A stretch of DNA of 64,000 bases, taken from positions 1,061,601 to 1,125,600 of the forward strand of contig CM119267.1 of the NCBI GenBank assembly GCA_051294375.1, given 5' to 3'. The notes beneath the pieces are model-generated. The model searched no databases. It was not told where the DNA came from and was given only the letters and a program-made list of their open reading frames with translations. How positions within the stretch are numbered: the stretch's first letter is position 1; every line of letters starts with the position of its first letter. Source of the DNA: Paraspadella gotoi (Eukaryota; Animalia; Chaetognatha). Shown here one piece after another: positions 1 through 12,600 of this stretch. A program made the translations under genes and the position numbers.

Positions 1-616
1 GCGCCCGGCGTCGTCCTCGCCTCCGGTTGCGTCCCAGTCTTGGGCGGCCTGCTGGACATCCTGGATCGATTCAACCGCCTCGCTCCTGGTGAGTCGGTGG
101 TTGTTTTTTGTTTGTTTGTTATTAAAACGACAATTGTTTTGTTGGACTCAATGTTTTGAAGAATCACTTGAAATGTCAACGGGGCAATGATAAAGTTGAT
201 GACAATCATCAATTAAATATTTAAGTAATCAATTATGCTTTGTATGTAATGAGAAGAAGATTTGGCTCTTGAGGTGGGATGTCGATCATTGGTCGGTCTC
301 AGGTTGTCGTAAGATCTATGTTTCGACGGCCACCAATCACATCACAAGGCGGACCAAAGTTCGTTTATGGCTCTATTCAGTTTATTTATAAGTCTATTGT
401 AATAAATCCTTGGATAAATTTCTTTTTCATCTCCAAATCTCTTCTTCGTCCAGGAATGCAACGCGAAGAGAATGAGGACTTGGCCTGGCCGGGATTTCTC
501 TCTACTTCAACGCGCGGATATCAGAACACGACGGAGACTGAATGCCCCGTCATTAGGAAGGAAGACTTTGAGAATCACAACAAGGACGGGGGATTGTGGC
601 TCATTCTTAAGGGCAA

Positions 617-679
<63 letters not shown>

Positions 680-3600
680 AAATATCTCCCTCTCCCAGGT
701 CTACGACATCCAAGACATCAAAGACGATCTGTCCTCAACGGTGGAGGATTTCTCGACTGCCTCGTCGCTAGAGGCGTTGGCGTCGTCCGATCCGGCGTTG
801 AAAGAGCGCCTCGACTCTTCCTGCGTCGGCGTCTTTCTCAAACCGGAAGACGACGTGGTGCAGTCGACGGACGTTTCCACGGTCTCGTCTCCGCTCGTCG
901 ATGCGGCCCGGTCGCTTGCCTTTCTGCTCGGGATGCATGCAGCCGGTGAGGGCGACAAGGGATGATCGATGGGAAAGGGGAACATATGAAAGAATTTATA
1001 TTAAGAAATTGGTACAACCAATTTAAAAAAATGTATTCATTTTTTTCAATTTAAACATGCTATTGTGGCGAATCCTAAATTCGCCTCCCGTATAGCATGG
1101 TGAAACTCAGCTCGTCCCATTGACTTGGACAGCTAAGTACTCGTTCACCAACCATGAGTTCCGTTTCAATCCCCTCACTGTCACACTGGTTAAAGTGTGA
1201 TGGTGTTGGCATAAACACATCCAGTAACATGGGGTGGTCACTTCAGGTCCAAAGCCCTGTGCGCCAGCTGTCGGGAAATGCCTCACACCCTGGGCCTCAC
1301 GCATGTCCCCCCATTGCCATAAGTGGTGAGCCCTCCTATCGAACACACAACCGCTGTGTACCGTCGCTCACGTTGTTGCTTAAGGATATGCATTAAGGCG
1401 TAGTGAAAGTTACGTATGGAAATTCTAAAAGTAAATTATGAACAACATACGCATCAGTAAATATTAATTTGTAAAAAAAATTATTTTAAATGATTTTTTT
1501 TAAAAATTTTCGCAGTAGGCTATATTTATATATAGTACTATCCTTATAAAATCGAAAAATTTCAAAAATAGGCTTTTCTTAATTTTGATTGCAGATTGAA
1601 TTTCTGTCAAAAGTTGATAAAGAGAAAATATTAATTATTTTTAAAAATTCTTTCATTAAGTGGGTTAAAATTAAAAAAACTATATTTAATATATAAAAAG
1701 TTAATTTTCAGGCTAAAATATAGCTTTTTTTAATTTTTGACCCACTTAATGAAGGAATTTTTCAAAAAAGGGTTATATTTCTTTTTATCAACTTTTTATG
1801 ACAAATCCAAATCTGCAGAAAAAAAACTTTTAAAAAAAAACTGTTTTGAAATTTTAAACATTTATTGAATTAGTACTAGTATAAATATGGCCTACTGCGT
1901 AAATTTTAAAATTTATTATAAATTTTTTTTATGTATATATGTTCATTAGTATAATGTTGTTCGTTCCTCACTTTTAGAATTTTAATTAAAGTTAAATTTA
2001 GAAATTTTACTACGCCTTAATATGCATCCCACGCCTATGCCCTACTTCTCGCTCGCTCTCTGTGGCCATGAGTCAGTCTACTCTCAAGACAGTTACTCTG
2101 GCTTGGTCACCCCAGTGTGCTGTCTTGGGGGGGGGCATGTGTGGCGAATCATAAATTCTCATATCGGTCCGCCTCGCCACGAAAGCCCTTTTGTCGCGCT
2201 AGTCGATAGACGCGCGTTTATCAGAGTAAGAAAAACGAACAAAATAACATCGATAGATGAAAAAAAGAGAATCCAGGGGAAGCCGTCACGTGACCGGCCT
2301 CGACCAATGGGAGCCCGGCAAATCCCAAGCCGCTCCCTCCCTCATCCGGGTATACGAAAGCCTCATTCTTTTTTCGCGCTCATCTAGTTCGGTTGTTTCC
2401 TTACGGATTTCGCGTTTTTTCTTGATTTTTCACGATTTTCTCGTATTTCTACGTTCGAAACCCGCTCATTAGAAGTCATCAAGTAGAGACGAACGTTCGG
2501 ACAGGTCTGACAGCCGAAAACGTTCGGACATGTCTCTAAACGTAGAGAGGGACTGGAGATCCCTCGGGGCTTGAGAGGTCTAGGGAGACCGAGCGGTCTC
2601 GCCCCCGCCGCCACCTGCCCCCACCGACACCGCCTTCTCCCCCTTTACCGTGGTTTTCGGCGCCCGATTCCGTCGGTTTTGGGGACTCGGCCCGTACCAA
2701 CCGACACTTCCGTTGCCCGGCCGAGCGGTGGGGCTTAGTCCGAGGCGCCCTCTCTCGCTGCTCTCGGACCTAGTGGCGGCCGGTCTGATCATCCCCACTG
2801 CCGGAGACGAGACCAGAGGACTGGAGTCTGTCCTTACGACGATGATTTCGTCACTGAACAGCTTTAGGAAGGATTTCGACGATTTTCGCCGCGAGTCTAC
2901 AGCGGCGTTTCGACGCTTTGGGGCGGTGAGTTTTTCCCGCCAGATGGCGTAGTGGGGGTTTTAGCTCGTTTTTCAAACGCCTCGCCTCCCTCTTTTGTTT
3001 CTCCTTTATTTCTTTTCTTTTTTCGAATTATTCGATTTTTGGAATTTAGAATTTTTATTTCGTCTGATTTGATCGAAATATTTTTATTGAAATAACCGCT
3101 TTCCTCCGCCTCTTGGCATGGGGCTTTCGTGGCGAGGCGGACCGATATGAGAATTTTTAATTCCTTTATGGAATATTAATTCTATATCGGTTCCGCCTCG
3201 CCACGATCCCACCGTCCGCCCCTTTTTGTCTCCTACCATGTTTTTTCGTGGCTTTGGCGTGGCTTAGGGAAAGGGGGTTGGGGAAAAGGGAGGGGGGGGG
3301 TTCGGGAGTTTTTTCCGTTTAATTCTCGCGCTAATTTTTTACCGCTTACTTTTTTTTACATGTGACGATTCCATATCGGTCCGGTTTTTCTCTCCACTAC
3401 GCTTCCCCTCGTTTGACGAGTCTCGAATTCCTTCCATGCTGTTCCGACTCCAGTAGGCGGCCCCTCTCAGATCGGGCGCCCGCCTCGGACCGTCACACGG
3501 TCTCGCCTTACCCAGCGTCATCGATCCCACACAGTGCCGGATCCGGACGCCAAGTACTCCTCCGATTCGGCGGAGGAGGGAGAAGTTTCATCTTCGGATG

Positions 3601-6600
3601 ACGACGTCGGCAGTTTTCGACGGCTCCCTGCCCACGAGCAGGTCAGCGCCGGGTTCCAGGTTCGTTACATGTGGCATTCTCTTCGCTGCGTTGGGGAAGG
3701 GGTCTTCCTCACGGCCAACTGGAACTCGCTGGGACGCCCAGCGATCGCAGTAACGCCACTGATCGACGTCGCTTCTCCTCCGGAGTTCACCGCTCCGACG
3801 CCGGACACGTGCCTCTCCGCTCAATTCGAGTCGGCGTTTTCCAAAGGGAATAACGCGGCTACTCTCCGCTCCTTTCACGTGCGATGCAGGAGAACGGCGC
3901 TACCGCGCATGCCATCCTTACAGTTGTCGATGAGCTGCGCGGAATCAAGGAGGCTCTCCGTTCCGGCCCGTCCAGAAATGAGGTCAGCGCTGGCGTGACG
4001 CCCTTGCCGCCCGCTTCGCTGACGCGGCTCTTATTCAAGCGGCGTCCCTCAACCTTTCAGTCGCGAGAATCCGCCGCCAAATACTCGCTGTGGCGCCGCA
4101 GGATCTCCGCGCCACGCCTTTTCGCTCAGCGCCCACCGCATCTTCCTTTTTTGGTATTCAGGAAGCGCAGGTGGATTCGCGCGCTCTATTCGACGCTTCT
4201 ACGAAACGCGCTCGCGCCAAACCGCTGCCGACAAGCGCCCTCATTCCGCTCGAAGTCTTCCTTCAAGCGCAAGTGGACCAAGAAGTCTGTTCCCCGCAAC
4301 AAGTCGGGAGACGGGAAGGGCCGGGATTCGCATCCCGGCGAATGACTCGAAACGCCCCCCCTCGCGGTCGCCGCCTCGTCCGGCCGCCCAGGTTTTAGGC
4401 CTGGATCCACCCATGGACTCGAGTCTCGACACGGACCCTTCCACGCCGGCGCTTCTTCCGGAAGTCCCCGTCGGAGGTCGGCTTCGTCTCCTTCAACCCT
4501 TGGACGACGCTCGTTGGCCGAGACGTCGCCCATTCTCGATAACTTCTCGGTTTTCGCCTCGAGGGGGCGAAGCGGTTCCAGCACGCTTCCATCTTCCCTC
4601 GGACGCGACACCGTCTTTGGGGACCGAGACGCCTTGGTCGACGCGGAGATTGCGGCGGCTTTGGGGAGGACGCCATCGAGGTAGTCCCGGTTTCTCCGGG
4701 TTTCTTTTCCATGTTTTTCCTCGTTACGGAAGAAAGATGGAGGCTGGCGCCCGATTTTGAACTTAAAAAGAGCTCAACTCTCGTTCTTTCGCCGCCTTAT
4801 TTCCGGAGGGAAGGAGCCCCGGACGTACGAAGGATGTTTCGACGAGGCGATTGGGGTGCCTCGTAGACCTCCGAGATGCTTTTCTCCTTCTCCCGATCCA
4901 CGAGGATCATCGAAATCTTGCCGCTTCCTTGGAAGGGCCGCCTCTACCAGTACAGAGTCCTTCTTTTCGGCCTCTCGACGGGCCCTTGGATTTCGCCAAG
5001 ACGACGAGGCCCCTTTAGTGGCTTTGGCTCCGCCCACTGGGGATTCGATGCCTTTTTTCATGTAGACGGCATCTTGATCCTGGTTTCCTCGGCGGACGTT
5101 TGTCGACGAGCCACTCGGAAGGCGGTGTGGCTACTCAAGAAGGCGGGGTTCATCATCCACCTTCAGAGTCGAGCCCGTCTCCCTCTCAGAGCTTCGATTT
5201 CCTCGTTTCGTTTGGGACAGCTCTCCCACTCCATCGCTCTCCGGAGACGAAAATTACGACTCTTCGCCTCTGCGGAGAGTCTTTGCCAACGACCGCACAC
5301 GTGCTCGTCAGTGCCTTCAGCTCTGCGCTTTCGACGGCGGCGTCCTTGGCAGTACCGCTGCTACGCTGCAGGTTTTCGAGGATTCAACGAGACGTCTTTC
5401 GTGTCTACAAGTCGAAGAAGGATCTCGACCGCGTTGTTCCTCTCCCTCGCCGGCGATGGAGGAGCTGCGGTGGATCGCAGCCATCTCTCCAGACAGTGCT
5501 TCGCTCCGCTCGACGACCTCCTCCCGGAGGTCTGCACGCTGGAGGTGACGACGGATGCTTCGTCGCAGGGATGGGGGTTTCTCCATCAGGGCCAACTGTC
5601 GATGGGAACCTGGTCGACTGCGGATGCCCCTCTCCCTTTTCTTTGTGAAGGAGTTCACAGTTTTGAGGACCTTCCTCCAACGATTCGGAGCTTCCTTCCA
5701 CGGCACGTCCATCCTTGAAGACGTCAGCTTCGTCTCTCTCTCCTGCTTCGTCGGGGCTACAGCGGAGTCAATCTCTTCGGAGGAGATTCTCTTCACGGCC
5801 ACGGCGTCGAGGGGCCGCAAGGTGGCGGACTGGAAACTTCTTACGAGAGTTTTCCGCCAGATGGTCGACATTTTCGGTCTCCCCAGCATCGATTTTTTCG
5901 CGACTCCCCGGTCGGCTCAAGTTCCACGTCTTTCGCCTGGGAGGTGACGCTGGAGGCGGAGGGGAATAGACGCCTTGGCGCAACGCTGGGTCTCGACCTG
6001 GCTATCTCTTCCTCCCCCTCCTCTGCTGATGATGGTGATCCGCAAGCTAGAGAAGGCGAGGGCTCCCTTCTCCTGATCACCCCGTTTTGGCCGACTCAGA
6101 AGTGGTTCCAGAGCTTCCTTTTTTCCTTCGGTTTTGGTCGCGAGGCGCCTTCCGGCGCGGAAAACCTCGTCGTCGACCTCGTGTCCGGTCTTCCGCCTCC
6201 GCAAGCGGATCGCTTCAGGCTCGTCGTCTGGAGGTTTTTAAGGCGGTGCCACAACCTCTCCGACATCGACGACTCCACCTTCTCCGTCATCGTCGACAGC
6301 TGGAGAGGCTCTACCAGAGAGTGCTACGCCAGAGCTTGGAGTTCCTTCTGCGACCTCCTTCAGGATAGGGAGGTTCGAGAATCTCAAGCCTCTCTAGAGG
6401 ATGTTCTACGATATCTCGGTTTTTTTGTGCGGGAAGGGCCTCTCGTACAGCACGATCAACCTTCACAGGTCGGCCATATCAGCTGCTCTCCCCCCCCTGC
6501 GGGAGCGCCGGTTGGAGAGCATCTTTTGGTCCGGCGCCTTCTCAAGGGAGTTTCAGAGAGACGCCCTCCCTCACGTCGGACTTTCCCCTCGTGAATGCGG

Positions 6601-9600
6601 CCTCGGTTTCACGCATTCTCGACTCGGCGCCACTTCCGATCACGCCGAGGGATCTTCTACGACGCTCGCTCCTTCTCGTCGCTTTAAGCGTCAGCTCGTC
6701 GCCTCTCAGAGATCGTCTCTCTTCGTTGCGACGCGGGCTATCTTTCCTTAGCGGAGTTCACGTTCGTCTGGTTCCATCGACGCTCTCGAGGACGGACAGG
6801 GTCGGACACATGGGTCCGGCGTTCCGTCTCGATTCGCTGCCGCTCTCGGATCGTTGCCCGGTTCAGGCGCCGCGCATTTGGCTCTCTTCGTTCGGAATTG
6901 GCGCCGCCGCACGATTTTCTTTTCTGCACCCCCGCGCCGCCTTTTCGTCAACTCTCGACGCAGCGTTTCGCCTCCTTCTCAGGAGCTCTTTTTGGAGGCA
7001 GATGCTTCTGCGCCCCCGGGGTCGACACACGCTATGGCGGTTTCAGAAGCCTCGCTCGCGGCGTGGTTTCTCGGCGTCATCTTACGCGCGGGAGATTGGT
7101 CTGGAGCGCAGACCTTCTACCGTTTCTACTGCAGGACGTCGCGTGGGGCGCCCCTCCGGGACCTTCTGGGACGTTTGAGGCTTTACGTATACCCGGATGA
7201 GGAGGGAGCCGCTTGGATTTGCCGGGCTCCATTGGTCGAGGCCGGTCCGTGACGGCTTCCCCTGGATTCTTCTTTTTTTCATCTATCGATGTTATTTGTT
7301 TCGTTTTTTCTACTCTGATAAACGCGCGATCTATCGACTAGCGGCGGACAAAAGGGCTTTCGTGCGAGGCGACCGATATAGAATTAATATTCCATAAAGG
7401 AATTAAAAATTCGCCTCCCGTATAGCATGGTAAAACTCAGCTCGTCCCATTGGCTTGGACAACTAAGTATTCGTTCACCAACCGTGAGTTCCAGGTTCAA
7501 TCCCCACAGTCACGCTGGTTCGTGTGATGGTGTCGGCGTAAACACGACAGCTGTCGGGAGATGCCTCACACCCCGGGCATCACACATATCCCCCCGTTGC
7601 CATACTATCTTGCATAGGGCTTTGGACACTGGACAGTAGAGTGGAGTACTGGGGAACATAAATTGTATTGAATGACAACAAGGATATTTAGATGTGAGAT
7701 AGTATGATAAGGAATATAAAAAAATATTTTGCTTATATTATTTGGGGGAACGTATCATTAATTACAATATATTTATATAATATCCTTATAAAATCATTAA
7801 ATTTTTAAAAATTTTTTAAAATTTTTTATTAAAGATTCTGATTCTTCATAAAAAAGTTAGATCAAAAATATAAATATTTATTAAAATTTCAATGTCTTCA
7901 GCATTAAAAATAGGAAAAAAAAAGTTTAAATTCTCCATTTTTTATGCTTGTAGTAGAAACTATTATATGATGAAACGTTTGATCAGGTTTTCGCAGCTTT
8001 AACCTAAAAATATCATTAACATATTTTACAAAAGTTTTTCAGTTTTTTCGGCGAAATCCAAATTGTTCTTAAATTAAAAAAATATAATTTTGAAATTTTA
8101 TGATTTTTTATAATAAGGATATACTATAAAAAAAATTCAATTAATGATACTGTTATGGCAAATTCTTTTAAAAAGGGCTTAAATTATTTTTTATTATATA
8201 TACAAAGGCAAAAAAAACAATTGTTCCATCGCTCAATCTTTTCATCACTCCACCCTACGTGGACAGGGGTTGGTCCGCCTCGCCACGAAAAGAAGAAAAA
8301 AAGGAAAAAAAAACTATTATCCTTTTGTTTTATTTGACAGAACAAACTCGTTCTCATCCTCGATCCTCGGAAGAGAATCAGTGCCTCTCGTGGCTTAGGA
8401 CGAAAGCTTTCGCCGGCGGACTTCAACTCTTGCAGCCCAAGAATCCATTCGACGAGGAAAAAGGTCAGTTTTTATTAGGTATATATTAAGCTAAAAACCT
8501 CTTTTAAATTATCCCTCTTTACCTCCTCAAGGCGAATCCCGCCACGGATCCAGCGCCACCTCGCCGATGGGCGTGGCCGAATGCGCCTCTCATGCGGCGC
8601 CGACAGCGAGCGTCAAATTGGAAGACTCTCTTCCATCGCTGCTGGCGGCGTCGTCGTCGTTGACGGCGTCGACGCAGGAAGATGGAGGAGGGAAACCCGC
8701 CGACGCCGTTAGGATCTTTTTGCAGAGTCAGTTTAGAATTTGCGTAATGAAGAATGAGAAGGGTGTTGCGATATTCTTTCATACGCCGACACTCGCCCGA
8801 GAATTAGCGATACCTTTGCCTAGCATTTTAAAACTCCAAAGGTGTCTGGGGCCTCGTTTTGGTCCTCTTGATTCGCACAATTAAGCAAGACGGGTCGTCA
8901 AACCAGTTGTTAGAAAGAAAACATATCTGTGGGATTATTCACTTTCTAATTTCTATTTGGTGTGATGACAAACGATCGCACAATGCCCAATTCATTATGG
9001 TCTAACCTACTAGATACAACAAAATTGGCTAATTCAACTACTTACGTATTATTTGTACTTGTATTTGTTCCTATATATCGAGCAAATTTTTGTTATCTTC
9101 ATTACTTAATTAATTCTATTAGAAAAATATTGGCTAGAAGTGATGACAAAACATTTTTCTGTAATTTGATTTAAATTCATATAAAATCGTTCTCTTTATG
9201 AATACATCGGCGTTTTAACAAAACTTTAAGAAAGTGATATAGCAATATCATATAACATATTTATTTATTTATTATCATTTATTTATTATCGTATTCCATA
9301 TTTTAAAAATAAAAAATCTTTCAACTTACGAAACAAATTTGAAATTGAGAATAATTTGATGTTCAAACGGTCCAATATATAATCACTTAATCGTAATGAA
9401 AAAAAATGATTTCATTTAATTTTCACCTTTCTCTTTTATACTTTTCCTGAATTCCTTCAATAAAATTAAAATAAATTTCAATAGATTTGTCAAACGATTT
9501 CATAACTTCTCGATATTCATCATCAGTACATTGGTCAAAAGCTTCGGCTCGTCCGTTTGTTTCTTTCAACTTCTCATTTAAATTCTCAAGACTTATTTTA

Positions 9601-12600
9601 TATATGCCAAAAATCTCATTAAATGGAATCAGAAGAATAATATTGATTGTGGAAAAAAACCTTTGCCAAACATCTTCTGGATTTCCAATTAGATACTGAA
9701 TACAATTAAAATCTTTAGATGTGCACGGCGTGTGCGTAATAAAAAGTGTCAAAGACTTTTTCTCAACGAGAAAGTTTTGAAAGTTTTTAAAAAAAATGTC
9801 CATAATTTGTTCACAATGGTGTTCAGTTTTCGGGCTCGCATATTTTTTTGAACAATTTTGGAAACAACCGAGAGCACGATCGTTCACTTTTATGATAGCA
9901 TAAGCGTGAGCTGATCTATTGATAGTTCTTAAAAAAGTGACGCCATCCTTGTTGTTGTAGAGGAGTTCCATTATTTTCAAATCCAATTTACTGACAGTTG
10001 AAGTAGTCGATAATCCTAAAAAAATGGCTAATATTATAAATACATTTACGAAATACTACTACTTTCACAGGACTAAAAATCGTTTAAATAAACCTTGAAA
10101 TAAATAGACTTGTCCGTGAATGGCTTTTTCCATTGACGTAATTTCCTCTTCTATTTTGCTTCTTTCCTTTTCCTCCATTTCTTCCAAATAAACCGTTTGT
10201 CCGCTGAACCTTTCATCTCCGCCGATTTCCTTCATCTCCTCTGAATCTCTTAAAGAAAATCTGAGCCTTTTTTTTCTCGGTTTTTCTTCGTGGCGAATTT
10301 GTTTTGTCGGCGTCGACAACACGGGTTCCGCAACCATCGTCTCCAGTCGACTTTGGCTTTCTGTTAAAGAAAAGAAATAAAAAACGATACAGAAGTTTGA
10401 AAAAAATTATGTCTACTTTAAAACTCCTACCTTTTTCAGTATCGTTGGATTCATTCAAATTTTCATTTTCGTCGTTGACGATATCTCTTATTTTTTTCGT
10501 CATTGGTACCTTTTCCTCCGTTTTTTCTTCTTCTTCTTCTTCTTCTTCTTCTTCTTCTTCGGAAGTCGCTTTTACATGAACAGTTGCGTCTTTTTTATTT
10601 TTGCCCCAAATTATTATTTTTCCTTTTTTGCCGTCAATTATTTTTCCCAGTTTCTTGAGGCTTTGAGGTTCGAAATTTTTCAGAATTATTTCGTAAATAT
10701 CGTTTTCTTTTAAGTTTTCGTCTAAATGTTTTATCATTGTTTCCCAAATTGGGTCTTGGTCTTCCTCAATTATAAATCCTTTGTGATATTTTGTCTCAGA
10801 ATCAGACTGGACTATTTTGATGATGACATAATTGTGAACGACGTCGAGTTGATGAAATGCGCCAACCGTTAAATCGAGGACGTGCGCACCGGGAAAAGGG
10901 CAGTTGCACTTGAATTTTCCCGGATTTTCTGTAGGAAAGAAAATATAAATTTAATCAACGAACAACTTTTGTAATGGATCTTGATAAATTAATTTTAAGA
11001 GAAGTCTTATAATTAGTTTTATAATTATTTCGTGTTCATTCCTCAAAGCAATGAAGAATTAAAATTAAGCCGAAGTCATGAAAAATCGGGGATATATTTT
11101 CTTTTCCTCTTATCACTCTCTCTCTGTGTCTCAATATTTGTAAAAGTCGGTCAGTCGTAAAATGGGCTTCACATCATGTCATATCACGAGAAATATACGT
11201 GATAAGGCAGTCACTGTGGCGCAACACATTTGATTAACCGTTCTTGTTCTTTTAAGCGTATTAGGTTTCAAGGTTTCTCTCTCGTGTTATAAACCGATGG
11301 TTGAAGTTGTCATTAAAACTATCATATCATGATTCTCTATTCGAAAGTTTTTTGTCTCTCCAAAAGGCAAGACACCCCGTGGAGGGGGGAGGTTCGATAA
11401 AAATCATAATTCCATTCAGAATTACAGATTTACTATCCTAAACAAATACGTATGGTTGAATTCCCATGCCATCTATAATAGAGCTCATAATATTGATATG
11501 ATTTTTTTCCAAAACATCTGTGGCGAATTTTTATTTCCCGGCCCATGGCCCGACGGCCCGACGGCCCGTGCCCGCAGAGGATCCCCATTGTTACAAACAG
11601 ATTTAATCGCCGTGACGACGCGTGATCTATTGTTCGCCTTCCGTCAACATCGACTTATAATGAATGACTCTTGCCTCCCTCCTTCCCTCGCAGCGCTGGC
11701 CGACTCTAAATCGAGTCCCGATTCTGAAGGACGCGTCAAGACTTTTCTCAAGTTGATGGAGACGAACGCGAGAAAGAAGAGAGTCTCACCCGCCTTCGAT
11801 TTCCCTCAAGGTGAGGAAGAGGGAGACCTTACCCGAACTTACCCATTAGATTTCTCTTGATTCCTCATATTCCCTCTTCCCATTGATCTTCCCAGATCAT
11901 CCCATAGAAGAGTTAAAAAGAGTCTTGGCCGCCGTCCTTCTCAAACATCACGACTTGGGTCACCTCGCCGTCGCCCTCGTCGACCACGGAGTCAACAAGG
12001 TCCCTCCAGCACTCTCTCACGTCTGGCAGTCTGTCTACGACGCCGCCCGCTCTCTGGTCAAGGTCCATCAGGACTGTCAGAGATCCTACAAGGAAGTCTG
12101 TTTTCCGGTCATCGAACGAGCGCTCTTTCTATTCAACGAACTACGACCTTCTTGTTGCAAAGGTTAGATTTTTAACGTTTTTTTTATTAAAGGACAACCA
12201 TTACAATATTGGACTACTTATTGTAATAATAATTTAACTATTTGATAATTTTGAACCCACCCGTTTGGCTTCCCGACGCGATCGGTTCTTCGTCTGTCTG
12301 TGTTGTTGTTGTTGTTGTTAATTCGTAATCATCGCCATCGTCGTCTGTTCTTCGAGTCTCCGATGTTTCTCTACCAATTGACGATGGTTTCTCCATTGCG
12401 ATGGCAAAGTAGAGAAAAGTCGCGATCTGTCGAGTTTGGGAGACGCGACCAGATTTAAATCACAATTTATTTTTTTGGGAATCCGAAAGCGAAAAAAAAT
12501 AATTTTATTTTGCGACAAATGAGTTTCGAAAGATTTTGTAAAAGATTAGCGCAAAAAAAAAAAAATTAAACAGCATTGCAGCTGCGGATTTTGGGAGACG

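Noticed and set aside
2530-7252. Programmed frameshifting or pseudogenisation in the DIRS ORFs
   Set aside because: Similar 1-bp indels also break conserved HERC2 exons, so they cannot be separated from sequencing error.
8727-11693. Transposon carrying the deaminase gene
   Set aside because: No terminal inverted repeats, LTRs or target duplication found around the cassette by eye.
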